Under the pieces are notes generated by a model that worked only from the letters and a program-made list of their open reading frames with translations, made no database searches and was not told the origin of the DNA. DNA of 64,000 nucleotides from an uncultured bacterium (GTDB lineage: Bacteria > Babelota > Babeliae > Babelales > Babelaceae), in assembly GCA_963848965.1 (NCBI GenBank), contig CAWKFG010000002.1, positions 8,022 through 72,021 of the forward strand, read 5' to 3'. The translations under genes and the position numbers were made by a program. This document shows, in pieces, positions 47,955-59,027 of this stretch; within the stretch, counting starts at the first letter, position 1; each line of letters begins with the position of its first letter.

Positions 47955-48923
47955 ATGATAAAGTATATTTTCCTAGTTCTTATCGGTATCTGCACCTATT
48001 CAATAGCTACTAATAAGGTAGATTTTGATGCTTCTTTAGGCAAAAATGACTCTTATTTTGGCACATATTATACGCAATGCATGAGTGCGTTTAATAAAGT
48101 AGGAAGCCAATGGGCATATCTAGGAACCTGCCCTGAACCTATTGGACCTTTAGTAACACTATGCCGTTCTCTTTACTATAAAAATCCATTGCCAACAACC
48201 TTACGTACGCCTGCACAACCTAAAATCCCTTTAAAAATTCACCAAATATGGCTTGGCAGTCCTTTTCCTGATAAATACAAAGCATGGCAAAAGACATGGC
48301 AATCAATGCCAGGGTTTGAGTATAAACTATGGACAGATGCTGACGTAGAAAAAATGGATTTTGATGTAAAAGATATCTATCTAAAGTCCAAAAACTATGG
48401 GCAACGCTCTGATATACTTCGAATGGTTATCTTAGAAAGAGAAGGTGGTATGTATATAGATACCGATTTTGAATGTATCTCACCAGAGTTTTTTAAGCTT
48501 CTGCACTGCACCTATGACTTTTACACAGGTTTACACCCTTTAGATGCAGAAACATTTGCCTTAGAAAATGCGCTTATAGGCTCTATTCCTCATCATCCTA
48601 TAGTCAAAGCATATCTTAAGCAGTTAAAAGATATATGGAACAAAACTTCAATTAACGATTACGACGAAGTGGTCATAAAAACGGGTCCCGGTCTTTTTAC
48701 ACGAGCATTTTCTCAAGAAGCAGGTAAAAAGTATAAAGATATAGCATTGCCTCCTACATTCTTTTATCCTCTTGGGCTTCATCAATGGGACTTTTTAAAG
48801 CGCTTTAGCTATGAGAGTATTAAAGCTAAAGTTTTAAAACCAGAGTCTGCTGCCATACATTGGTGGCATGGAACATGGAAAGCTCCTCAATCTAAAGTTA
48901 AAGGAAGCTCAAAGAGACGCTAG
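47955..48923 (+). CDS. Secreted GT32 (DXD sugar-binding) glycosyltransferase
   Basis: IPLKIHQIWLG, RSDILR, GGMYIDTD, TGP; the translation given reads from the plus strand. Confidence 0.85.
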   Translation: MIKYIFLVLIGICTYSIATNKVDFDASLGKNDSYFGTYYTQCMSAFNKVGSQWAYLGTCPEPIGPLVTLCRSLYYKNPLPTTLRTPAQPKIPLKIHQIWLGSPFPDKYKAWQKTWQSMPGFEYKLWTDADVEKMDFDVKDIYLKSKNYGQRSDILRMVILEREGGMYIDTDFECISPEFFKLLHCTYDFYTGLHPLDAETFALENALIGSIPHHPIVKAYLKQLKDIWNKTSINDYDEVVIKTGPGLFTRAFSQEAGKKYKDIALPPTFFYPLGLHQWDFLKRFSYESIKAKVLKPESAAIHWWHGTWKAPQSKVKGSSKRR

Positions 48924-48957
48924 AGCTCCCTTTAATCTCGAGTTTGCTTTTTCCTCT

Positions 48958-50118
48958 TTATTTCTTTTTTCTTGTACGTTTAATCAGCAAATAGCCTTCA
49001 TCTTGTTTCTTAAAGACCTTTAGATGTGCTTTTATAATATTGTTATAGTTCAATTCATGATAGCAAAGTTCTAACTCAGTTCTTAATTTTCTTCTTAAGG
49101 AAGTATCTTTTATTGTTTGCTCTATTGTTGCAACAAAAATTTCAGGATCTTTAGGTGTCCTAATTGTACCTGCTACAAGATCCATATAATGAGTAGAATC
49201 AGTAACTACTGTTGGTAATCGAGCAGCTATGAATTGAGCTGCTGCTCCCGATACCGATCTTGTATCCATACCAGCCCACAAATAGCCTAAATCAGAAATA
49301 TAGAGCCTTCTACTCAATTCTTTTTGATCTAAAAACTTAGTTATATGTATTACCTGAGCTTTTAGTTGATATTTTTCCACCACGTCCCTTACTTTAGCAT
49401 GCTCAACCGCACATAATTCTGGAGTAAACGTATTATAAGAGGTTAAAAGTTGAACTTTATGGTTTGGATTAGATTTTAACCAAGGAACTAAAAACTCCAA
49501 AATAGGACCAAATTGCTTCCAATTAGCCATAAAACCTGTAGTAGTTAATATAATATCATTTGTATTAAAGCCATACTTTACTCGTAATCGCTTTCTAAAT
49601 TCTTGCGTTCTTATCAAAGGAGGCTCAAAAACAGGAACACCGTGATGCACCATATTGATCTTACCTGTTTCCTCAAAAAATAAAGAAGGCTTATGATAAA
49701 TGCATTGATCAAAAAGATGAATCAAACGATGCATATCATTTGATTCATAATGAACAATAGCTACTACTTTGATACCATTAACACGAAGATTTTGAATTAA
49801 TGGCAATAAAACTTCAGTAGAGGGAAGTATCCCTGGTTCATATTGAATATTCAATACCTGTATTCCGTCTTGCTTTACTTGTTCTAATAACTCATTTGGG
49901 CTTAAAGTGTGTGGATAAACAAATACTGAATGTCCTGCCTTTTTAAGGGCTACGTATAAATTCTTTGTGTAGATAGCAATTCCACATTTAATGTTCCAAG
50001 AACTCCAATAGCCAACTCTTAGATTCGAGTTATCTACTAGAAAATTTCTTTTATGGTTTTCTCCATTCAAGCAAAAACTTACTAATATTGTTAAAATATA
50101 ACGTGCTATAATTCTCAT
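48958..50118 (-). CDS. GT-B (GT4-like) glycosyltransferase with signal peptide
   Basis: SWNIKCGIAIYT, HGVP, TTGF, SVSGAA. Confidence 0.75.
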   Translation of the reverse strand: MRIIARYILTILVSFCLNGENHKRNFLVDNSNLRVGYWSSWNIKCGIAIYTKNLYVALKKAGHSVFVYPHTLSPNELLEQVKQDGIQVLNIQYEPGILPSTEVLLPLIQNLRVNGIKVVAIVHYESNDMHRLIHLFDQCIYHKPSLFFEETGKINMVHHGVPVFEPPLIRTQEFRKRLRVKYGFNTNDIILTTTGFMANWKQFGPILEFLVPWLKSNPNHKVQLLTSYNTFTPELCAVEHAKVRDVVEKYQLKAQVIHITKFLDQKELSRRLYISDLGYLWAGMDTRSVSGAAAQFIAARLPTVVTDSTHYMDLVAGTIRTPKDPEIFVATIEQTIKDTSLRRKLRTELELCYHELNYNNIIKAHLKVFKKQDEGYLLIKRTRKKK

Positions 50119-50263
50119 TTTGCTCCTTTAAACTAGCAATTACAGTGACCCCTTCAATGTTTTACCTTAAACAAACATTTAAAGTAGTGTCAACAGATTA
50201 GATGCCAATTCTTTGTCGGTTAGCAGAATTTGAATTAAACTCTAAAAATTAAAACTAGCAGTC

Positions 50264-51238
50264 CTATAAAGAAGGTAAAACTTGGCTTTGTGATTTCTGT
50301 GAGTTTTCTATTTTATAGTGTGCTATTACTTCTTTAGCACTTGCTTGGAAATGGAGAGCTTTAAACTTTATTTGCATATCAAGACCTTTATTATAACAAA
50401 CAGGATAGCCATCAAAAAACTTGATATCTTTTATCTCTATCTTAGAGCCATCTTTTAATCTTACTGTCTTCATTTCATAACTTCGGTAAATCTCTCCCGT
50501 CCATTGGGGAGCAAATATAGAAGAGTCAAAAGTAGATTGATCTATAATCTGTGTTAAACTACAAATCTTCAATTTACTTTGGTATCTTTTTACAAAAATT
50601 GGAAAAAGAGGAATATCGTCTATAATATGAGTCCATGATTTAGATAGGTCATATTGCTTGGCAAGCATACTTATTGTTTGCTTATCATTATAAAAATCAA
50701 TAAGAAAGGTATTCAGCTCTTGAATAGAACTTAAATTCCAAAAGGAAATCATACCTACTTCTCCATTTACTAAAGCTATATCAAAATCTTTGTAATTTTT
50801 ATAATATTCTTCTGTAGCATTACAATAAAGCATTACATCTGACTCAATATAAAGAGCTACCGGTATAGAATTTTTTCTTATAAATTCCCCTAAAATAAAC
50901 CAGCGCTGAAAGACCGTTATACCCCACTCATAACTACAGGAGGTAAGGTGAGTATATAATGAAGCAAAGTAGCTAGCAGACGTATAGTAATCTGCTATAT
51001 TATAATGCTCAATTCCTAAATGTGAGTAATGACTATTGCTTGCGTCTCCAATCAAGATAACTCGATCATTAAATTGTTTGGCCTGATACAATGTATGCTC
51101 CAAATAATGAGGATCATTTTTATGTACGAAAATAACTGGAATACTAGTATTTAAATTATCTTTACTATCTACAGCATATAGAGAAGTTTCGATTCCTGTT
51201 ATTAATAAGTACAATACTAGATATCTCTTTAAAAGCAT
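50264..51238 (-). CDS. Secreted glycosyltransferase-like protein
   Basis: YLEHTLYQA, ILIGD, FQRWF.L, YIESDVMLY, LHFQ. Confidence 0.6.
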   Translation of the reverse strand: MLLKRYLVLYLLITGIETSLYAVDSKDNLNTSIPVIFVHKNDPHYLEHTLYQAKQFNDRVILIGDASNSHYSHLGIEHYNIADYYTSASYFASLYTHLTSCSYEWGITVFQRWFILGEFIRKNSIPVALYIESDVMLYCNATEEYYKNYKDFDIALVNGEVGMISFWNLSSIQELNTFLIDFYNDKQTISMLAKQYDLSKSWTHIIDDIPLFPIFVKRYQSKLKICSLTQIIDQSTFDSSIFAPQWTGEIYRSYEMKTVRLKDGSKIEIKDIKFFDGYPVCYNKGLDMQIKFKALHFQASAKEVIAHYKIENSQKSQSQVLPSL

Positions 51239-51379
51239 GCATCTTCTCCTCAATTTTAACAAAAACCAACAAAATCCCTTATTTTTCATTTAAGAGCTCT
51301 TGACCACTACTTCGCGCAGCTATTCGATTTTACTTCTGTATAAAATAAGATAAACACTTATCTATGTCTAATAAATTAC

Positions 51380-52561
51380 TTAAGGCTTAAAAGTAAATAA
51401 GTATTTATCTTGATCAAAAACATCTAACTTCATTCTATCAAGCCCAAGCTGTTGTACCAGCCCAGGATGCATACTAATACCTTCGTCATTTCCAACATGT
51501 ATGGCTCTATTGACAACAGTTTCTATCTTTACATAATCCGCCATCCAAAGAATAAGTGCCATCATATTATCTAATTCAATCCAACATTCCTTAGAAGTAT
51601 AAAGTCCTTCAATAGCTTTATATGTATGAGGGCAAGAGAAAGCTTTCTTATCTTTCTCTCTTAACCGCAGTAGCTCAGGAAAATTAGTAGTTCCTTGTGT
51701 TCGAGCAACTAATTTTTGTTGTACAAGACTCTTTATCCACGCTTTTATTTTCCAAGCATCTTTCCAGCTCTCCACTTTAGATCGAGCTCTGGCAAACTCT
51801 TCAGTATGTGGGATTTCATCAAGAAAGCTTTCGTATTCATAGAGAATATGTTTTGTACCATCCCAGAATTTTTTATCTAAACAGTAAGTTACGAAACTCC
51901 ACCAATGCAAGGGTTCCCGTACCCAATCAAGTCTCTTAGCTTTTATTTCTCTATCTAAAAAGCAATAAGACCAACAAGATACCATTCCTACATTATGGTA
52001 ATTATCTGTTGCCCACTTATGTAAATTAAGAGTTAGTTCAATGTAAGAGGGACTTACCATTAAATCCTCCTCAAAGAGGATAGTTTTGCTATATCCACAC
52101 CAATCAAACATAAAACGCAATGCATCAATTTGGTTTTTAGGACATCCATAGTTTCTTGGCCTAAAAATAATATTTTTATGCTTAATTGATGATTTCTGTA
52201 TGAGGTCTGCATTCTCCGTCTGCTTTGCACGAGGACCACCATCTAAAAAGAAATAGAAGGGGAGTGTTTGAGCCTCTGGATTCTGTTCTAATGATTTAAC
52301 AAGCTGCGCTAGATAATGAGGCCTATTATAACATATAATAGCAATGCCTACTGGCTCACTCATACGGTTTGAAGTGTCCCTATATAAAGAGTCATAACCA
52401 TAAGACTCTAAAGAAGGGATTGTATTATTATTGCTATTCTCTGTTTGACAAATCGAGTGAGACATCGAGAGTAAAGTTATAAGAAAGAGAAAAATAGTTT
52501 TCTCTTTTCTAAAAATAAAGCTTAATTTTTGACAATTAAGAGGCTTATAATTTTCCATCAT
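51380..52561 (-). CDS. GT-A glycosyltransferase, GnT-I/GT13-like paralog 1
   Basis: ICYNRPHYL, LDGG, FEEDL..SP, HVG..G. Confidence 0.75.
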   Translation of the reverse strand: MMENYKPLNCQKLSFIFRKEKTIFLFLITLLSMSHSICQTENSNNNTIPSLESYGYDSLYRDTSNRMSEPVGIAIICYNRPHYLAQLVKSLEQNPEAQTLPFYFFLDGGPRAKQTENADLIQKSSIKHKNIIFRPRNYGCPKNQIDALRFMFDWCGYSKTILFEEDLMVSPSYIELTLNLHKWATDNYHNVGMVSCWSYCFLDREIKAKRLDWVREPLHWWSFVTYCLDKKFWDGTKHILYEYESFLDEIPHTEEFARARSKVESWKDAWKIKAWIKSLVQQKLVARTQGTTNFPELLRLREKDKKAFSCPHTYKAIEGLYTSKECWIELDNMMALILWMADYVKIETVVNRAIHVGNDEGISMHPGLVQQLGLDRMKLDVFDQDKYLFTFKP

Positions 52562-52889
52562 TTAGTTTCCTATGGTAAATTTTAGTTCTACATTTTTATC
52601 AAAAGTCTTAATTTTAGCTTAAATCCATTAATAGGATTATAATTGAAAGCTAACCTCTCTCCTTACTTAGCTATTATTCACTTCAAAATTACTTAAATTT
52701 TAATTCAATAGAAAGGGAAAAAACAAGAATTGGTAACAGAAGATAAAAATATATTCAGGAGGTATCAATACAGCCTACAAGTGCATAAATAGTAACTCTA
52801 GAAAATATAGAGCTATATATCAGTAAATAAAGGCACAGGAACCTAGAAAAAATGAACTGATACATCTAAAAGATCAAGCCCTACTGAGC

Positions 52890-52919
52890 ACTAAGGAGCT
52901 TGCGTTCAAGCTCCTTAGT
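52890..52919. terminator. Strong hairpin downstream of ugd
   Basis: actaaggagcttg-cgtt-caagctccttagt. Confidence 0.6.
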
Positions 52920-53070
52920 AAGCCCGCTTACCATAACTAAGATAAAATTCGAAGTTCCCAGAGAGCCCTGCCTAACTTCTCTTTACCCTAAAGATACTAA
53001 TAATTTTAAGCTTCAATGTACCAAAAACATCATAGAATTATGTCTTCTACAAACGGCTAACCATCTATGT

Positions 53071-54483
53071 TTATATGACGTAAGCATTTCCTATATTTTT
53101 ATAGATGAATCCTAAATTTTTTAATTGCTTCACATTTATTATATTGCGCGCATCAAACATCACAGGAGCATGCATCAGTGCATGTACTTTGTTAAGATCC
53201 ATAACCTTAAATTCTTCCCATTCAGTAAGTACTATAGCAGCATCTGCATTTTCTACAGCATCCCAAATCGATTCGCAGTATGTAATCTTAGGGATGAGCT
53301 TTTTCATGCTATTCATTGCCATAGGATCATATGCTTTAACACGTGCACCTGCATTTTGCAAAAGCTCTATAATAGCAATTGCAGGTGAAGACCGAACGTC
53401 GTCAGTGTTTGCTTTAAACGCTAACCCTAATATTGCTATCGTTTTATCGCGAATAGAACCGCCTAATAAAGATATAAGTTTATGAAATATCTTGCTTTTG
53501 TGTTCTTCATTTGCAATAAGTACAGATTCTAATATTTTAAGCTCATTTTTTAGGGCTTTGCCCTTGTAAACAAGTTCATGAGAGTCTTTAGGAAAACAGG
53601 AACCTCCAAAACCTGGCCCTGGCTTTAAAAATTGTGACCCAATACGGGGGTCCATTCCTATTCCCTTTACTACTTCAATTATATCTGCTCCAACACCTTC
53701 ACAAAGGTCTGCAAGCTCATTTACAAAGGCTACTTTTGTTGCTAAAAATGCATTTGATCCATATTTAATCATCTCTGCACTTACAATACCTGTATACAGA
53801 AAAGGCACTTTGCGCTTGTGAAAGTCCTGGTAAATCTCATCCATGATATGACGAGCTCTCTTTGATTGCACACCTAAGACAATACGATATGGATAAAGAA
53901 AGTCTTGAATAGCACTTCCTTCTTTTAAGAATTCAGGATTTGAGACTATATCAAAAGAATGCTTTCCCTGCAAAGAAGTTTTTATAAGCATTTCAACTTT
54001 ATGTGTCGTTCCTATAGGAACCGTACTTTTAGTGCAAATAACTTTATATTCGGTTAGATTCTGTCCTATGAGCCTTGCAACACTTTTAACTGCAGAAGTA
54101 TCTGCTTTCCCATTTGGCTTCATTGGAGTACTTACAGCAATAAAAATTACTTCACTCTTTTTAATAGCTTCTGCAGGATTATCAGTAAAAGAGATATTTC
54201 TTTTTGTGATTACTTCAGAAAGCATCTCATCTAGGCCCTGCTCATAAATAGGCGATTTTCCCTCTCTTAAAGTGCTTATTTTTTGCTTATCTGTGTCGGC
54301 ACATATAACATAATGACCTTGATGAGCAAAGCATACTCCTGTTACAAGTCCAACATATCCTGTGCCTATAATTGCTATGTGCTTAGGGTTCGATTTAGTT
54401 GGGCAAAACGATAATAAAGCTACAATGAAAAAAGTAAAAAAAGTTAATTTAATCTGCTTAACAAGCATCTTTATACTACTCAT
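53071..54483 (-). CDS. ugd: UDP-glucose/GDP-mannose dehydrogenase with hydrophobic N-terminal extension
   Basis: IGTGYVGL, KSTVPIGT, NPEFLKEG, GFGGSCFPKD, FKANTDDVR. Confidence 0.93.
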   Translation of the reverse strand: MSSIKMLVKQIKLTFFTFFIVALLSFCPTKSNPKHIAIIGTGYVGLVTGVCFAHQGHYVICADTDKQKISTLREGKSPIYEQGLDEMLSEVITKRNISFTDNPAEAIKKSEVIFIAVSTPMKPNGKADTSAVKSVARLIGQNLTEYKVICTKSTVPIGTTHKVEMLIKTSLQGKHSFDIVSNPEFLKEGSAIQDFLYPYRIVLGVQSKRARHIMDEIYQDFHKRKVPFLYTGIVSAEMIKYGSNAFLATKVAFVNELADLCEGVGADIIEVVKGIGMDPRIGSQFLKPGPGFGGSCFPKDSHELVYKGKALKNELKILESVLIANEEHKSKIFHKLISLLGGSIRDKTIAILGLAFKANTDDVRSSPAIAIIELLQNAGARVKAYDPMAMNSMKKLIPKITYCESIWDAVENADAAIVLTEWEEFKVMDLNKVHALMHAPVMFDARNIINVKQLKNLGFIYKNIGNAYVI

Positions 54484-54761
54484 CTAATTCTCCTAATAAA
54501 ATTTTGCTTTTCTAAAACTGTTTCAGCCAACTTACTACAGTGTCGTAAAAAAGATCAAGATCACTCTTACGCATAACAGCATAATATCAGTAATTGGTTT
54601 TAAAGAGACTGATTACAAATTGCTCTCTAGTAAGCAATAGATAACAGAAACACCTTAAGTATAACAATTCGTTATCACTTTTATCAGTGTAAAGTATAAT
54701 AAAATAAATCTGAATAATTAAGAGAGGAGACAATTTTAGAACGCTTTAAAGGCTTATTAGT

Positions 54762-54788
54762 AAAGGAGAGCAAGGCTGCTCTCCTTTT
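54762..54788. terminator. Intrinsic terminator-like hairpin
   Basis: aaaggagagca-aggc-tgctctccttt. Confidence 0.6.
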
Positions 54789-54832
54789 TGATAATTCCTA
54801 GACCTCTTAAGCACATTGATTACTACTTTATA

Positions 54833-55657
54833 TTATTCCAAACTATCAAGGGGAGCATATGGTTTCTTGGTCCTTACGCTTGCTTCTAACTTAAGCTGGA
54901 GAGTTCTATCTATATGATGGTTACTAATAGGATTCCCAACATTATAGAGATAAATTATATCTGGAATGAATTTAATATGACCTTTAGATGCCATCTCCAA
55001 TAGAGGAAACATCATGGCCAGATCAGATGCCATCCGATAGAATTTACCTTCTTCGTCAAGTAAGTCTTCTCTTTTTATTTTTTTAAAGAGCTTTGCTCTA
55101 TATGTTTTCAGATGACTGGTTACCCAAGGATACTTTCTAAAAGCATTTTCCTGTATTACCCATTGAGGAAGTTTTGCACAACAGCCCCGAGCTCCACTTG
55201 GATAATCCTTGAAAGAGCCATAAGTAAGCCATGTATTTTTATCTTTATATTCTTTTTCCACTCGAGCAAAAGCACCTGGCACTAGATAATCATCCCCATC
55301 TACTTGGACAACTATCTTATGATCAGGACATCCATGCACTACATTATAAATGTTTTCTAATGAACGGCCTACCCGTACTTTGTTATCAATAATTTTAACT
55401 TTAGGTTTAATATCATGCTCATCACGATACTTATTAATGAGATGTAGTGTTTTATCAGTAGAATCATCATTAACGATAATGACTTCAAAGGGAGACTCAA
55501 GCTCTTGGGTTACTACTGTCTCTAAATTTTTTTCACAATACTTTTCATTGTTATAGGTCGTTATAATTACAACAAACTCAAGAGGCTCTTCGTTTGTAGA
55601 ATATATACATACAAAGTTAGTAACTAAAAGAATGCTAAAAAATATTTTTTGGTTCAT
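54833..55657 (-). CDS. Secreted GT2 glycosyltransferase
   Basis: IITTYNNE, VNDDSTD, VDGDD. Confidence 0.88.
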   Translation of the reverse strand: MNQKIFFSILLVTNFVCIYSTNEEPLEFVVIITTYNNEKYCEKNLETVVTQELESPFEVIIVNDDSTDKTLHLINKYRDEHDIKPKVKIIDNKVRVGRSLENIYNVVHGCPDHKIVVQVDGDDYLVPGAFARVEKEYKDKNTWLTYGSFKDYPSGARGCCAKLPQWVIQENAFRKYPWVTSHLKTYRAKLFKKIKREDLLDEEGKFYRMASDLAMMFPLLEMASKGHIKFIPDIIYLYNVGNPISNHHIDRTLQLKLEASVRTKKPYAPLDSLE

Positions 55658-56137
55658 AGTCGCTCTTTCGATAAAACTAGGATCAATTTTATTAATAAAG
55701 AATTACTCAATTTTCTTCCGTATAGCTTTTTAGTATTTCTTTTGTGATTTATTACACCCTAGTACTTATACTCATAATTTGTCAAGTAACTATAGGACAT
55801 GGTTGAATTGTGAAATTAGATCTAATAATTTAAAGCAAAGAAATTGTTAAAGATCGGTCAATAGAGCTAGAGAGTCACTGCACAGCTTTAAGCCTATTAT
55901 AACTTTCAATAACTTGCCTTCCTCTTAACAACGCTCTACTTCGAATCAATGCCTCTCGCTCCACGTCTGATACGGATAATCATTTCATTCTAGCTTTCAA
56001 AAGCATGGGGTTTTCTGGTCATAGTAATAAAGTCTTTACTTCAATCCCTAGCCTATCCTAGTATTATCCAAAGGTTTATAGCTTTTAAAGTTAATAGACG
56101 CCTTCGTTAAACAATTTTATTTTAAAAGGAGAAATGT

Positions 56138-57502
56138 ATGTTACTCTTATATTTTGCTACCTTTGTTGTAGTAACCTCTGGCTCTACAAGGTCATTTGCT
56201 AATACAGAAGAACCTCTTGCTCTTATAAAATCAACTGAAATTACAAAAAATAAGCTCAAGGTTATTGTTAATCAGGAGTTTAAAAATAGGTACCTAAGAG
56301 AAGATTTCTTTATAAAATATAATGACAATGACATTGACCTAACCAAACTTGATTACTCTATAGTTATTATGCCTTTTTTGTTAAACGTTATCTCAATGGT
56401 TTGGAATTCAGGCAAAAAATACACGATAGCTTCTCTAGATAGCGATCTCTATACATCCTTAGAGACTATCAAAAAAATTTACGTAAAAATGTATCCTAAC
56501 CTCAAATGGGCTGGAGAACTTATACCAGAAAAATTAGTAAAAAATATAATAAACTTTGATTCTTCTCATTCAAATATCAACAAATCTGTAGCTCTTACCT
56601 TTAGCGGAGGAGTAGATTCAACTTTCTCTTTCTTTACTCATCTTGATGAGAATATACATCTAATTTCTGCAGGAGGACATCCCGATCAACCATTAAGCTC
56701 AAAAAGTATGTGGGAAGAAAGACAAAAGCAACTTCTTTCTTTTGCTCAAAAGTACAATCGGCCTCTCTTCTTTCTTGAGTCAAATTATATTACTTTTATT
56801 AATTGGGGTAGACTTAACAGCTTATCTCCTGCAATAACAGATTGGCGCTTAGGAACACTTGAAGGATTAAGTTTAACAGGTTTAGTTGCTCCTATACTTG
56901 TAAGTAAAAGGATTTCCCGACTCTATATCGCATCCTCCTATAGCTGGAGCTATCCTTATGCTACTGCAGCAAACCCGTTTGTAGATAACAACATCTGTTT
57001 TGCCAGAGATATAAGAGTTATTCACGATAGTTTTGACTTTTCACGATACGATAAGATTCGCTATATTGTCAACGCCTGTAAAGATAAAAATTTAAAGCCT
57101 TTTTTAAAAGCATGCGATAAACCTTCGCTTAGTAATTGCTGTGGAAGTTGGGATAGATGTAAAAAGTGCTTAGGTACCATTATGGCTCTTATGGTACTTA
57201 ATGAAGACTGGAAAGCGTATGGTTTTAATATAGAAAGAAACGAGGCTATCAACCGTAGTCAAACATTACTTTCAAAAGAGTCTTTACCTGAAACGGTAAT
57301 GCGAAAGTTTATTGAAGCGCAAAATGCTCTTAAAAGCAAGTCTGCACAAGGGGAAGAAATACCTTCAGATCTTCAGTGGTTCCTCTCAATCGACTTTACC
57401 AAAAAGAAAATATCTGATAAAAAAGATCATATTATAGTAAACTGGTTAACAGATTTCCAAGAGTTTATTCCTGAAAACTTAGTGTTGCCAAAAACACTAT
57501 AG
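56138..57502 (+). CDS. Signal-peptide protein with PP-loop-like motif (polysaccharide-locus associated)
   Basis: FSGGVDS; C...NCC....RCKKC cysteine cluster. Confidence 0.6.
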   Translation: MLLLYFATFVVVTSGSTRSFANTEEPLALIKSTEITKNKLKVIVNQEFKNRYLREDFFIKYNDNDIDLTKLDYSIVIMPFLLNVISMVWNSGKKYTIASLDSDLYTSLETIKKIYVKMYPNLKWAGELIPEKLVKNIINFDSSHSNINKSVALTFSGGVDSTFSFFTHLDENIHLISAGGHPDQPLSSKSMWEERQKQLLSFAQKYNRPLFFLESNYITFINWGRLNSLSPAITDWRLGTLEGLSLTGLVAPILVSKRISRLYIASSYSWSYPYATAANPFVDNNICFARDIRVIHDSFDFSRYDKIRYIVNACKDKNLKPFLKACDKPSLSNCCGSWDRCKKCLGTIMALMVLNEDWKAYGFNIERNEAINRSQTLLSKESLPETVMRKFIEAQNALKSKSAQGEEIPSDLQWFLSIDFTKKKISDKKDHIIVNWLTDFQEFIPENLVLPKTL

Positions 57503-57646
57503 AAATTGAATCAACTACAAACAAAAAGATAGAAGTAGAAAGCCTAGCCTCTTACTTCTATCTTTTACAAGCTTAATCCGAACTTTGTACAATCTTTAAC
57601 AAAAGACAGCATGAAGTCTCCTAGCCTCCTAAACTATTTCAAACTT

Positions 57647-58771
57647 TCAATGTGCTAGCAATGAAGAAACCTTTAAACTATTAGCGTTGAATAAAATAAT
57701 AAAATCCTGCAACTCTTTATCTTCATGAAAGATATCAAGACTTGGCCGAAGAGATATATTATGAGCGCCAGTTATACCTATCTCTCCGATGTGCTTCAAT
57801 CTGTTAACAACGGTTTCTATTTTTAAATACCCCTTCATCCAAAGGCTAAATGCCGTCATACAATCTTCATTAATACTAAATGGTCTTCCTACTAAATAGT
57901 AATAGTCTCGTATAGTTTTATACGTACCAAAACTAGGAAAAATTGCCTTTCCTGGTTCAATACGATAATGAAAGAGCGGAAAGTGTGAATCAGACTGAGC
58001 CTTCATAGAGCATAAAGTTCTCATCCATGAACGTACTTTTGAGGCATCTTTCCAGAATCCTGGTTTGGAACGCGCCTTATCAAACTCTGGCGAATGTGGG
58101 ATCATATCGATAAATTTTTCATAGTCATAAAGTATAGGCTTTATATCATTCCAAACATTACTATCAAGACAATAGGTTACAAAGCTCCACCAATACATTG
58201 GCTCCTTCACCAATGCCAATCTCTCTTTTTTTTTATCCTTGTTTAGATTACAGTAGGACCAACCTGATACCATTCCTACATTACTATAATTGCTTGTTGC
58301 CCACTTATGTAAGTTTAAAAGAAGTTTAAAGTAATAAGGACTAAGAACTAAGTCTTCTTGTATATAAATAATTTTTTGAAAGCCACACCAATCAAACATA
58401 AATCTATGGGCATCAATAACCGTTTTTGCGCATCCAAAATTTCTTGGCCTTAAAATGACTTCTTTATACTTAATTGATGATCTTTCTATTACTTCTCTAT
58501 TTTCTTTTTGTTTTGCACGAGGTCCCCCGTCTAACACGAAATAGAAAGGTAATGTTTGCGATTCTAGATTATTTTCAATAGACTTAACAAGCTTCTCAAG
58601 ATAATGCGGCCTGTTGAAAGCAATTATCACAATACCAACAGGCTGATTCATACGACTTGAAATATTCATATATGCTTTATCATAACCATAAGCTTTTAAA
58701 GCACTTAAATCATTTTCTTCACCTACAGCAAAAGAAAACACTGACATTAAGCTTACTAAAAATAGAAACAT
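57647..58771 (-). CDS. GT-A glycosyltransferase, GnT-I/GT13-like paralog 2
   Basis: IAFNRPHYL, LDGGPRA, IQEDL.LSP, HIG. Confidence 0.75.
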   Translation of the reverse strand: MFLFLVSLMSVFSFAVGEENDLSALKAYGYDKAYMNISSRMNQPVGIVIIAFNRPHYLEKLVKSIENNLESQTLPFYFVLDGGPRAKQKENREVIERSSIKYKEVILRPRNFGCAKTVIDAHRFMFDWCGFQKIIYIQEDLVLSPYYFKLLLNLHKWATSNYSNVGMVSGWSYCNLNKDKKKERLALVKEPMYWWSFVTYCLDSNVWNDIKPILYDYEKFIDMIPHSPEFDKARSKPGFWKDASKVRSWMRTLCSMKAQSDSHFPLFHYRIEPGKAIFPSFGTYKTIRDYYYLVGRPFSINEDCMTAFSLWMKGYLKIETVVNRLKHIGEIGITGAHNISLRPSLDIFHEDKELQDFIILFNANSLKVSSLLAH

Positions 58772-59027
58772 TTTCTTCCTCCAGAACCACTAGTTAACAA
58801 TTCTGCAAAGTATCATATAGGCTTAGGAAAGAGATTGTAAAGATTTTAGCTTGTGGTTTGCTTCTGTTAAAGTAATGCAACTTTCTCTTTATCGGCACAG
58901 CGTACTTCAATGTCCTGAGCCCAAGGAAATTTTTCTCTTATTTTAAACACCCCCTATTAGAAGGGGGTGTACTTAATAGTTTATGCAATGTAGAAAGTAA
59001 TATTTGCTTTCTAACGTGTTCTTCTGC

